Part shown: in pieces, positions 41,301-53,848 of the stretch
How the letters are laid out: each line of letters begins with the position of its first letter
Position numbering within the stretch: the stretch's first letter is position 1
Source: Schmidtea nova
Lineage: Eukaryota
DNA length: 64,000 nucleotides
Assembly: GCA_044892505.1 (NCBI GenBank)
Contig: CM097882.1
Location: forward strand, 433,318,001-433,382,000
Reading direction: 5' to 3'
Position numbers and translations under genes: made by a program
Notes under the pieces: generated by a model
The model's database searches: none
Told to the model about the DNA's origin: nothing
What the model saw: the letters and a program-made list of their open reading frames with translations, nothing else

Positions 41301-44300
41301 TCCAAGTAAAGTGAGTACAATTAATTAGGCTGATTATAATGAAATTCTATTGGTTAAGGAAAATGTTTATCCAGATATAATGGCCTATGCTCGAGGACAC
41401 AAGAAAACTGGTGCACTTCTACATAGAATGACTCCCGTAAATAAATTAATAAATATTTTTTAAAAGGATATTACTTCAGGAAAAACGAGCGATTTGTATT
41501 GAGCAATTGGTACCAACTTCAAGACCAATTGGAAAGATCAAGCTTAAAGTATTTGGTTCATCACTGAGTGGCAAAACGGCATTAATTGAAGCATTGAAAT
41601 CCGGTTATATTCGAGGGTATCTTAGTACCAAACTGAAATCGTTTGATTTCTTCACTGGAAACGATAGTAATTGTCTTTTTATAGCAATAGTTTTATATTA
41701 AACTCTAGCAAATTCCATGAGCATGAAAGAACGAACGTCGACTAATGACGTTCGGTATGAGCTGGATCATGAAGAATACACCAAGGGCATCGATGTGCAG
41801 TCTATCAATATTTCAGGTAATCTTAGATGGACTTGAATGTTTTAATGGGGACTTTTTGTTCATTATGGGATTTGTAAATTATAAATCCTTACGAGTATCC
41901 ACTCTCATGCATACAGAAATTTATCAAGTAAAAAGACACCCAAAATTAGACATTAAAATATATACCGTCATATTTGTTAATGTTAATATAATTTGAAAAT
42001 GTACGAAATTTCAATAATGACTTTTGTTTATATAAACTAAAATAAATTCGTCATTTTTGTCATTTCGCGTTATTTAAAGTCACATGAACGTCACAGGCGA
42101 GAACATCAGTTTATTCGACTCTGTGCTGAGTCCAAATTATTTCTTTAACATTGAAATTCATCAATTTCTAACAAATGTTTGTGAAGAAATAAAGTGTGGG
42201 GTTTTGGGATATTGTGAAAGAATTTTAAAACAATGAACGTGACAGTATGAAAAGTAGAGAAGGATCAGATATACTGCCGACGGAGCCAACTCATAAGGAT
42301 ATGAAGAAATTATAAAAAAAATTGCGGAAGATGTCACATTTTTCTTATTAGGAGTAGTCGAAATTGCGTGACTTGCTAGACTTGCTAGACTGACTCGCTC
42401 TTAAGTTAGAAATAGGCTGTTATTTTGATACATCCTATTATAATATGAACTAATGGGTTTTTTCTGTTTTAATTTAAATGCAATTAATAAAATTGAAAAA
42501 CTACAATTTAATTGCTTATAGACAGTAATAATTCAGAAATAGTGATTTCTGCTAAAATATAATATTAATATTAATGTGTATATATATATATTCAAAGGCA
42601 AGAAAGAGAATGATATGAGTGTGTTAACAGAATCAAAAGAATAAATCCCTTTAAAGCACACGAGGACAATACAAAATATTTTATATAAAATTATTACTTC
42701 ATTAATACTTGATAAAGACTGCGCTAAAACTTCTGCGGTTATATTTAAAAGTTTTATTGGTCTTTTGACATTTAATTAAAAGTCCAATTATTCCATTTTA
42801 TTGGTGAGCATGAAAATTAAATATTGTATGTTAAATACAGAACATAGAGGATATATGTGTGTATTAAGAAAACTGTTGTAGAGCCCAGTAGAGCCTCCTT
42901 TAAAATTGTGTCGGGACGACCTGGGAGTGAATGTTGTACTAAATTGTGTGCGTGTTTGTGTAATGTTTTCGCAATAACAAAAAAGAACAATAAAAAATTA
43001 GAAAAGTTACAAATTTTGTTTAACCGAAACTAAAAAAAAATTTTTACTAACAATTGTTTTTTTAAAAGTTGATTTAATTATTCAGTTGTTGTTTTTAATT
43101 TTCTTTTGTTTTGGCACTATTCAATTTCTTCCTATTTCTTTCTCCAAAATATTTTTTTTATTCCTTTTTCAGTCTTCAATTCTTTCTATCTTTGTAAAAT
43201 TTTCAATTTTCTTTTGGATAAATTCTTCTTCAAAATATTCTCAATATTTCTTTAGTTATTCTTTTAAAATTCGTTTTGTTTTGTATTTTTTAATTCGATT
43301 TTTTTCTTATTTTTCAAATTCCTATAGTAATTAATTACTGTAGGAAATAATTATTTTTTAAATTTAAATTTTGGTTTAATTTAATAACTAATTCAGTCAC
43401 AAACGTTTTAGTCTTTAACCATGAAAACACCTCACTGGAAATAAAAAAATAAAGGGGAGTCACAATGCGCCCAAACCAATCTATAATACTAATTCGCGAC
43501 TGTCTCTGTCTGTCGCATTAAATAAATTTTTTTTAATTTTATTTTTAAAAATTACTACTTATAATTGTAAGTAGTTAAAAATTGTAAAATAAAATTAATT
43601 CTAATAAAATAATTCTTTGCATAAGTATTTTTTAAAATTTTTATTATTTAATAAATAAAGTGTACCATAAATAATAAACATAATTTTGTTAGAATCAGAT
43701 TTAATAAATTAATTATTTTAAATAAATTTTGCCTTATTATTTTATTTAATTATACAAATTTAATTTATTTATATTTATATTAATTATTCTTATTAATTCC
43801 TATTTATTTATTTAATAATTATTTTTATTCAATATTATTTTATTTATTTATTATTTATTTATTTATTTAAAAGAAAATTGGGTTAATTCATTAAAATTGG
43901 ATAATCAAATGGAGTCTACATGACAAACATGTGCAATGTATATTATATATGCACCACATGAAAACAATTCTGCGACCACCAATCAACTTGTGATTAAGAT
44001 AAAAGACCACACGTAAGAATAAAAATAAAGAATAAAAAAATTAGAAATTATCTGTAATATGCATATTTATTTTTTTTTCCAAATCACTATTAGATGAAAC
44101 TAGATAAATAAATAATGATAATCAAAAATATTTGGAGCGGACTTTATTAAGGGGTGGACCAACAAAATTATCCAAAAATTAAAAAAGGTTTTTATGTACA
44201 TATCGATGTATATGTACACATATGTTAATTATCTAACCTGAATATGTAATATTTGTAATATATATGTAACTATCTTATTTACCCCAATCTATTTATTTTT

Positions 44301-47300
44301 AAATTACTGAGATTCTTTTATTAAAAATAAAACATTAATTTATTTATTTTAAAATAAGCATTATTTTTTTACAGTGACAAGAACATCATATACTATTGTT
44401 AAATAACACGTTCGCTCTTAATTTAAACTATTAAAAACACCCCGGCAAGACGGGTTTATTTTCTAGTAATATAATAAAAATTGAACTCTTACACTGTATT
44501 TTAATGATATATCTATATATTACAGTTTAAAATCCTAATCACCATTCTTCGCTCATGTTCTTTATCAGGCAAGAGGACTCATCATGGGTCCCATAGACCA
44601 ATTACGTAAGATCCTAATTTTAACATGAAATTTCTTTGAAAATTAATAAGATAAAACAATTTGTTAGAGAATTCTTTTATCTTTTCATATCTAACTTGTT
44701 TTTTCGATTTTATTCACTCTTTAACTCTTCTTTTCATTATAGGTTATCAATTAATATTTGTAATGAAAATAAATAAATAACGGAATAAATAAATAAAATA
44801 AATTTGCTTAAAGTAGCTTGTGGATAACACTAATGATTCCTATAGATGGACATCCTCCTTTGTCCAACGGGACCAAAACCAGCCCAGGTTGTCTGAAATA
44901 TGTAACAAGGAGATATAACAGTTAAACTAAAACGAGAACTTATTAAACAAATAAATTTATTTACCAAAAATATTTCATATGATCTCAGGGTCAAAGCCGG
45001 TCTAAGGTTTGCGGGCTGAATGCGAAAATAAATGAAAGTAACAAATTATTTATATAGCTCTAACAATCATAATTTTCAAATTCTTATTAGAAAAGTACCA
45101 TGTTTTAAAAATAGAAACAAAAAGTAACAAATATTATTACTATCGAGGTATTTCGGCCCCATAGTCAACATTATGGGTTCATAAGAGGTGCACACCAAGC
45201 AAACCCTTATCAGTGATCCTGATCAGGTTGTTAATATGTTCCACTATCAGATTGTCAAAATTAATTTTACACTTATTAGTCTAATAAATTAACGGAAATC
45301 TTCTTTATAAATCTTGACGTTTCTTCATGTTTCATTCTTCATCGACGTTTACGGAATTTGTTTAAATCTTACAATTTATTCTGTCTGAAAACAAATTAAC
45401 AATAATTTACACTCGATTGAAGTAATATCGGCTTTAGAGTATTGCTTTTGTTTGAATATGTGACATTTGTCTAGTTTTTCTCACTCCATTTTTCTTAGCG
45501 GCATTTCAGTTGTAATATTCCGCCCAAATTCCCATAAAAACTGAATTCAAGAAAAAGTAATTCAGAGGACTTCAATTATTAGTTGTGATGAGAACGCAAC
45601 CAAATGAGTGTTTGAGACAGGCCAATTTAGCTGGACTTTAGATCAATAAACTCTAATTTCACACGAATTGTTGGCCTAGTTTTCTCCAAGTGTTTTTAAA
45701 CAATTTTTTATTTAATTAATAATGCTTAAAAAGACAATGCCGGAAATTTGTGTTGAATCTAAAAATTGAAAATTTTGATGAAAAAATGAAATCTATAAAA
45801 GATCAAGGTAAAGAAAATTACAAATTTTAGTTATAGCCTTAATTTATATGATTAGAAGTAAAAATATTTTATATTTGAGTTTCCAAAATAATTTCACTTT
45901 TTTGATATTTATTTCAAAAGATTAAAAACATTATTTCATGTAAGTGCTAAGTCTATTTTTAACAAAATTTAATTACATAGCATTCAATAAAAACACAAAA
46001 ACGTTGTATAAAGTGGGATAACTATTTATAAATAAGATAGTTATCACTCTTCCAATGTGGGGTACGAACTTAGTAAACTTCCACGCTCGTGCGTATGACA
46101 GATATGGTAAAGGTCGAGCATATATCCATTACTCATCGGTAAAGAAAAATATCTTTCTAATGTTACTAGTCATCAAAACATGACAAATTTCTTTGCATCC
46201 TGAAACGTGATTTTGCTTTTGTGTGTTATTCAAATTATATTGAAGCAATTTGGCTTGGACACTGATCTTTTGAATTTTTTGAGTCAGAATACGTTGAAAA
46301 GTTGACGTATGGATATCTGTTATCTTAAAGAGACAAGTGATGCTGAAGTAATTGTCAGACTCAATAAGACCTCAAATATTTTCACATATTCTTGAGTTGC
46401 AGATGTTCGCGGTAATCCAGAATATTCACGCCTCTTAAATAAATTAGACTTACCATCGTGAAATTCTTTCACGATTCGTTGCACTCTTCTACAAGTAATT
46501 ATGTCTCTCATAGCGTTTTCAATTATTGGTATATGTGTGTCGTTCCAAAACCATTATTTGTTAGATGCTATTAGTGATCATGCTATTAGTGAAAAAAAAG
46601 TAGAGGGTAAAATGAAAATCGATAGTTTACTTAAATTTCCAATAATTTTGATAAATCTAAATTGCTTCCAATTACAGGCTTTAATTTTATAACAAAAATC
46701 AATAAATGATAAATTGTTTAGGGACCACATAAATTTTAAATTAATTTTAATGGAAGGTTATGCGTTTTGGTGAAATAAATTTCAGATGATAATATTTTAA
46801 AGTTTTTTAAAATTTACAAAGACGATCTTTTAAACTTTAATGCCACAAAAAGCGTCCAATTTTTACAATGGCGCATAGAGGAGTGTTAGTTAACGAGAAG
46901 TTAAAACTAATGCTTTAATTGCTTTACAATAAAGTTAATACATTAGTACATTTCAATTTGTTTTACACATCTTTTTAGATTTGGGCGTGAGCTCATATAA
47001 ATAGGGCGTGGCTCCAATCTATTAAAACAAATGAAATTAATTGCATTATTAACAAAAGGAAAATCTTAATTATTTATTTAATTTAGCATTTTTTTAAAAT
47101 TTGCATTTGTTCAAATTTTATTAAAGTCCTTGATCTTCTTCACTCTTGAACTTTTTACAATTTTGTTTATTTTAATTTTATAGACAATAGATCAAAAATT
47201 TCTTTTCTTTCTTTTATTCATAACAAATTTAATTTATTGTCTGAAAAAATGAAAATAAACGAATTTGCTAAAATTTGTAATTTGCATGTTATGTTAATTT

Positions 47301-50300
47301 TTAACGGCTGATTTTAAAATGTGAAAAACTTAGAAATATTGAATATAAAAGATTATAGTAAAAAATAATTATAGAAAATAAATAAAAATTATATTGAAAA
47401 ATTAGAAATTTTATATTCAAGGTTTAAGAACGAAAAGTTTATTTAAAATATTTTGTAAAATTTTTACAGTTGTATTAAGTTAATTGTTAAATTTTACTCA
47501 GCTTTGACAGACGATGTCGTAGTTATTGTCTCTTATATTTGTTTGAAAACATATTGTGTTTGTATATTTCAGCGTTTCCCAAAGTTTTTTCACCACGGCA
47601 CCCTTTTTGATTTCAAATTTTTGACGGAACCCTATTTACAAAAATCTTAGAATTAAAATTGTGAATCGCAGCTGTAAATTTTATTCGATGAGAATTTTCA
47701 ATTATGAAATAATCCTTTTCAATCCAAGCTAGGTTAAAATAATTTTCCTTTTTTATAAGATCCAATATGAGAACATTGCAATTACTTTCGAGTAAAAGAA
47801 TTGTTACAAAAATTTATTATATTTTATTTTTGTTTTAATTGCTTAAAATATTTCTGGAATAATATTTAATTGTGTTCATAATTTTTTTCTACCCTTTTCG
47901 ATGACATTCTCAAAATCATCGTTCTTTTTTAACTACGTTCGATCTGATGATGAAGTAACAAGAAATCCTAATAAAAGACAATTTAAATTTATAACAAGAC
48001 AAACACGGCACTAAGATAATTAACAGCAAATGCCAATCCAAATATATATTTTCCACAATATATTTCGATAACTTCATTCTCCTCATCAGGTGCTACTCAT
48101 TCTTCCATTCCAATATAAATCAAATAAATCAATTTTCAAACAAATAATCATAATTCTTTTAAAAAATATATATTATAATTTTAAAAAATAGCCAAAACAT
48201 TTAAAACGATAAAATTATTTTTTAATTTAAATAAATTAATCTTAAAAAATCATATTCCTTTTTTATAAATATTCCCAGATTTATAAACAACGAAAATTGG
48301 AAAAATAATAATTCAAGTGCAAACATTAATTAAAAATTTATAAAATTCAAAAATAAAGATTCAACGGGGGAAACTGGTATGGGAGAATGCCAAACGATGA
48401 GACATATTCAAAAATGGGTATATAAAATTAAAAAGGAAAGAAATTTTAAGAAAATACAAATCAATTAAATTAATTAATTACATAAGAAACCCGAGCTTAT
48501 GGGAAACCCGGGCTATGTGGAAAACCCGGGGCATCAACAAATCTATTAATTAGGAAAAATAAATAAACTAATTGAAGGGTGCCCATAGGAAAAACCGCAA
48601 ACCCACTTAGCGTTAACTCCCAATTCAATTAATTATTTGACAGATCAATTAAGGCGCGATAGGACCACATGACAAGGCACTATATAAGCTGAGAGCAGTC
48701 TGTCGAGATTGCCAGAGTGGTCGAAGACCAATTTTGAAATTGTAAATCGAGCGAACTATTGGAAGCGAGAGAAGGAAACTCTAAAAGAAAACTAAAGGTA
48801 GAATTCTGATTTATCAATTTTCTTGCGTACCAGAAAGAGAGATCTCCCATTGGGTCTTCTACCTTAACGCAAGAGTGCAGATAACAGTGATAATTTTCTG
48901 TGATTGAGAATTTGTGATTCAATTGAAAAATAAAAATTATTGTGTTTGGTCTAATTTATTTTTGTGAAAGAAAGAACACAGGAGTCAAATACCACCCGAC
49001 TATTCATTGATAACCCAACAAAAGGCTTATGTGAATCAATGATTGATATTTCTTGCTTAGTATATTGAATGCGTTTATAAATTATCTTTGTTTGATTATT
49101 GTCAGCAGGAGCACATCCAAGGGGTTCACGAGTTTGAGCCTCCCCAACACCATAAAAATCATTAAATTTATTGTGACGTTTGCCAAATTAAAATGAGCGA
49201 AATTATCTAAATTATTAACTTGAAGCGATTAACTACAAAAGAACTCTATCGCGTATTAAAATTAATTAAAATAATCGAAAAATTTCCAAAAATATGTATG
49301 AATTTGACCTCTTTCCTAGATAAAACAAATATAAAAGTACCTAATATTTTAATTTAATCATGTATTATATATTAAAAATATTTATAATGAACTCGACCCT
49401 GAAATTTCTTTTCTGGGTGTGCGCCTGATTGTCACAACGAATCTTTGAATTCTAGTATATGTTTATTATTTAATTGGCTCAATGAATTTTAAGATTTCCA
49501 GATTTCATTATTTCGACTCCACTCCTGCTTTATATTAATTTCATATTCAAATATCCTGTTGTAATAATTTGTATAGGAGCTGGAGATTTTAGCGTTTGGG
49601 AATTTTCTGGCTACGAGCCATACTACGCCATGTACGATCACTTTATCGGGGACACCAGTTGCCTACATCTAATCACGATCAACGGACTGGATTCGTTAGA
49701 ATTGATAAAGTATCGAATGCGCTTCTGGTTGCAATTCCTCTGGGCGAGGATCGTATCCCGAGAACCTTTGGGTATTGTAGCAACTAACGATCATTTGTCA
49801 ATCATTTTATTTGTAGAGTATTGTGGAAAAACTGCTTTTATGGCAAAAATAATTGTCGTAGTTACTCACGCTCAAGCTATTTGCTGCGATAGAAATGCAA
49901 ACGGCCAGCTGGAACATGTTCCCATCTCATATATTTTTAATGATATCAGAAATGAGTTCCAGTAAGATTTTATTTTAAATAATAATTCCTTTTATTTGTA
50001 TCAGATTTAATCTAGAGATCCACGATCATTTATTTTTTATCGACAGTTCTGACAAAGTTTCTGTAGAAATGAAAAATTTGAAAATTATTCTGAACCAAAT
50101 GCGATCATCAGTCGTTGAAGTTTATAATTATTTATAATTTTACTTTTTATTTATTTTTAATTTTTGGAATATTTTATAAAACTATTTATTTCAATTTCTT
50201 TTACCTCAAAAGCTCTTCCAACCTTTTCAGTAACTTATTCTTTCAATCTAATTTCAGCTACAACTTCTAATACTTCATTAGACACGTTGAAATTGAATTT

Positions 50301-53300
50301 TGATTTTGCATTGATTTTTCATTTGACAAAGAAAACTTTTTAGTAAAAGAATTATAAAAACAAATAAGTATATAATAATTTACTATAATAGGGTTTTTCA
50401 GCTTCTTAAATCCTTTTAAAGCTCAACTAAATCCTTTTAAAAATTAACTAAATCCATTTAAAAATAAGTTAAATCCAAATCCAAATATAAATTTGTTTAT
50501 GACCATCATCATGTAACTAAACAACGAAAATTCGGGAAACTTTGATGTTAATGCTTCTCAAAATGTTAATAGAAGGACAAGGACAAACATTGATTCGAAA
50601 ACAAAGAGAAATGTGGTGGAAAAATATCACTCGGGATGCCAATTAAAGATATCGGGGGAAAATACGATTTGAATCTAAAAAGTGTTAGCTCTATCATAAA
50701 TGTATATAAAAAACCGAAAGAATTGAAAATATTACAGTACCACGGGCGAGAAGTAAAAAGTTATCGCCTGATGATATCGAAAAGCTGAGGGGTGTAATAG
50801 ATGTCGACATTACGACTACTCTAGCCTAATTAAAGAGCATGCTTTTTCGGAAAACGGGAAAATCAGTTTCCTTACATACCATTGCACGAGCCATTGATGA
50901 TTTTTCGTATACTTTTAAAAGAGTTCACGAGGTTCCAGAACGAAGAAACTCTCTCGATACAGTTGAAAAAAGATATAGCTACGCATTAAACTTTACAGAT
51001 TTAGATCAGACCAAAATAATTTTTATTGATAAGGCGGGATTTTCGTTGACAACTAGACAAAAATATGGTAGATCTCTAAAGGGAACGCCGGCACATAGAA
51101 CCGTGCGTTCTATGTTTTTTTTAATAAATAAATTTATATTTGGATTTAACTTATTTTTAAAAGGATTTAGTTAAGCTTTAAAAGGATTTAAGAAGCTGAA
51201 AAACATAATTATCTTTTGGTTTCACCTTTCACTTTTTTTTATTTAAATCAATAATTTTCATATTAATAATTTGATGACTAGATCAAAAATTATTTTTTAG
51301 CTGTTAGGTAAACGATATTTCGTCACAGCCTTTATTAAATACACACTTGACAAAGACTGGGTCGAAATGTCATTTATCTAACAACTACAAAAAATTATGA
51401 TCTATAGTCATACAATTTGTTGGGCTGGTAGTATTGATATTAAAATTTTGTTTTAATGCATAGAAAAATATATACACATAAAAAGAGGCGAATTTAAAGC
51501 TCACGATTACACATAAGAGTATTAAGTTGCAACTAAGCATAAAAAGAACATAGACTATTAAGGCATCACAAGCCAAAACAATAGGCATACGAACCGCGTT
51601 TATATACAAAGGACCGAGTGAGAATTGAATGGGGAAGATTATTGCTTGTATATTAAATACAAAAACGCATGATATGAGGAAAATTAAGTATTAAAATAAA
51701 GAGAATAATTTATTAAAAGTTATAGAAGAAATCCCCATTAAAATAACAGAGATAAGGAAACAATAGAAAAGTATTATAATTATAAATTATAACAATATAG
51801 AGATGTGATCAGCATAAATACATTTTGTAAATTTTTACTATTTCCATATTTCGTTTCTCTGACTAACTATTTTCCATCCTGCTTCCACCGATTACATAGC
51901 CTTAACTAAATACACATTTAACAATTAGACACATAAGCTTACAACCTTTGGGACAGAAATTCAAAAACAAAATGAGATAGAAAAAGACAAGCCAGTGATG
52001 AATGCTGCCAAAAACTAGGCACGAAAACTAAATTATAATAATTATCAACTTCACGCTGCTGTCCATTGTTCATTAAAGATTCATGCCATAAGCCTCATCT
52101 AGAAATTGTAATTTATATAGCAAATTTTAAAAGTTGAAGAAACTCTAAAATACAGGCAAAAAACGACAAAAGCCAATTAAGAAGTGTTGCTATCGAAATT
52201 GCCAATAAATTTGTAGACAATTATACGGAATTTAATACATTTTTTTCTATAAACATTTTAGTTTTAAAATCTTAATATTCCTTTAGAAATTGCCACCGAC
52301 GAATGGATTAGTCGACAATATTGCATCCAGAATGGGAGAATTAATTACTAAACAAGATTTTCCTGTCTTGTCATGGCAACAATTCGTGGAAAAAGTTCGG
52401 AATAAAATCAACCCATTATGCAATGAAGACCACCTGAAGGATTTATTACAGCAACTACAATACATGGGNNNNNNNNNNNNNNNNNNNNNNNNNNNNNNNN
52501 NNNNNNNNNNNNNNNNNNNNNNNNNNNNNNNNNNNNNNNNNNNNNNNNNNNNNNNNNNNNNNNNNNNNNNNNNNNNNNNNNNNNNNNNNNNNNNNNNNNN
52601 NNNNNNNNNNNNNNNNNNNNNNNNNNNNNNNNNNNNNNNNNNNNNNNNNNNNNNNNNNNNNNNNNNNNNNACCTGGAGACAGAATCGGAACCCGACATGA
52701 TAATAATGTCCCCTAATTGGCTATGCAGTGATGTCCTAGGATTCTTGTTGTCATTTGAAAACATAAGTAACAGTAGAGTCACAGGAAGTTTTACATCGGA
52801 TGAGGTGCAATTTATGCTTGGTGTGGATAACACAACGGATTTCCTGAGAATATTGACCTCATTGGATTTCTGTTCCTCTTGTTCAGTTGAAGATGAAATT
52901 CAATATGAATTTCCCTGTTTGAATTTTGTTGATTCTCACGATGATTTTCTGCCAACTCTCAATGATCACAATGACAATTCTCGATACATTGGAATACAAT
53001 TCCACACATCTCAGTCGCAATTCGCTCATCTATTTCCGAGACTACAAGTACAATTCAGAAGGAGCATTTGTGAAGGTTTAGTTGAAAATTCCCTAGTTGA
53101 ACTTGATCAATGGTTTCATGGATCCTTGTTGATCTGTCATAACCACGAAGTGCAATGCATGCTCTCCTTGGAAAATAATAACCAAGTTATCGAAATAAAA
53201 GCCAAATCCCCCAATAATGATAAAAATCTAGTTGTGTTATTTGGATTCTTTCAGGATACACTGAATATCGTAACTCAGACTATTGACGAAATCTGTCCAA

Positions 53301-53848
53301 ATCTAGAATACGACATATTCTGCATTGACAACCGAAATAACCGTTCAACATCTCATTTTCGCCAGAGCACATTATTTTCTCAAGGGGAAATAATGCGTGC
53401 AATGATGGACTGTGACGGCAAAATCGACAAACTTGATACCAGCTTGAGGACTATCCTATTCTTTGACAATGAAACAATTATAAATCAAATAAAACTTGGA
53501 CCGAATCTACATGTATCTAGTCTCCGACTTCCTGCCATCAGAAAGCTTTGCCAAATGTTAGATCCAGTTGATTCAATGGGGCGAGACTGGTGTCTTCTTG
53601 CACTGAAACTCGGCCTTAATAACGACGTACCAAAATTAGACATTTCTAACGAGCACACTCTAAGTAAAACCGGATCAGTGATCAGCATTTGGGGAATGAA
53701 AAACACAGAAAATGCCACGATTAAAACTCTTATTAATGTTCTTAAAGAAATGGATCGTTTGGATGCTGCATTCCTTCTCACAACCTCTATACCCCTTTAT
53801 CAATTCATCCCATTAGTAACATCTGATCATGATTTTGAATCTATCTAA
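38376..53848 (+). CDS. DAPK1: DAPK1-like ankyrin-ROC-COR-death-domain protein; no kinase domain detected
   Basis: Exons: 38376-38411 (tentative first exon), 38460-38585, ankyrin exons 38630-38728, 38779-38877, 40631-40729, 40777-40875, 40917-41015, 41066-41164, 41212-41310, then 41359-41436, 41480-41666 (KIKLKVFGSSLSGKT P-loop), 41709-41816 (EYTKGIDVQ), 49577-49771 (GDFSVWEFSG), 49817-49961, 50005-50119, 52287-(gap 52469), (gap 52670)-53848 (SPNWLCSDVLG; death domain RKLCQMLDPVDSMGRDWCLLALKLGL). These motifs match DAPK1. Confidence 0.88.
39727..40242 (+). mobile_element. Possible related LTR-element fragment with Ser/Thr-rich ORF (39843-40229), cut by gap
   Basis: Starts TGTAGTGCCT like the LTRs. 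The ORF is Ser/Thr-rich (PSNSTT, LHISS), like the cargo of the 7184-11122 element ([14 protein letters not shown]). Confidence 0.35.
43480..44466 (+). mobile_element. Non-autonomous Helitron
   Basis: A|TCTATAATACTAATTCGCGACTGTCTCTGTCTGTC 5' end; 3' short hairpin CCCGGCAAGACGGG followed by CTAG|T; inserted in an AT dinucleotide with no TSD. Confidence 0.8.
46320..46511 (-). pseudogene. mariner/Tc1 N-terminal HTH remnant
   Basis: RRVQRIVKEFHDG...RREYSGLPRTS resembles the mariner V.RW..F..G...R.GRPRT region. Confidence 0.4.
49106..49427. mobile_element. hAT-type MITE
   Basis: TIR CAGGAGCACATCCA / TGGGTGTGCGCCTG; 8-bp TSD ATTGTCAG/ATTGTCAC. Confidence 0.75.
50393..51204 (+). mobile_element. Internally deleted IS630/Tc1-like transposon with ~100-bp TIRs
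   Basis: GTTTTTCAGCTTCTTAAATCCTTTT...AAATTTGTTTAT (50393-~50500) is inverted at ~51120-51204. The interior encodes HTH-like segments and KIIFIDKAGFS..YGRSLKGTPA (first catalytic Asp region); the rest of the DDE core is absent. Confidence 0.7.
51205..51411. repeat. Hairpin repeat family, diverged copy 5
   Basis: ATAATTATCTTTTGGTTTCACCTTTC leader, GATATTTCGTCACAGCCTTTAT and TGATCTATAGTCAT. Confidence 0.65.

Larger units (their letters stand above)
6498..52670. other. Nine assembly gaps: 6498-6662, 19373-19891, 22083-22255, 24663-24974, 25186-25793, 30855-31054, 31508-31814, 40243-40560, 52469-52670
   Basis: Runs of N; several interrupt exons or abut palindromes. Confidence 0.99.

Noticed and set aside
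43086-43334. F/S/I-rich 82-aa ORF (similar: 28829-29083, 29468-29698)
   Set aside because: Low-complexity AT-rich DNA with no splice partners or motifs.
6459-52833. ORF-track entries containing long X runs (6459-6728, 19263-19949, 22044-22316, 24611-25003, 25138-25847, 30759-31095, 40234-40563, 52408-52833 and similar)
   Set aside because: They are open only because they cross N gaps. Only the flanking parts that splice into the two host genes were kept.
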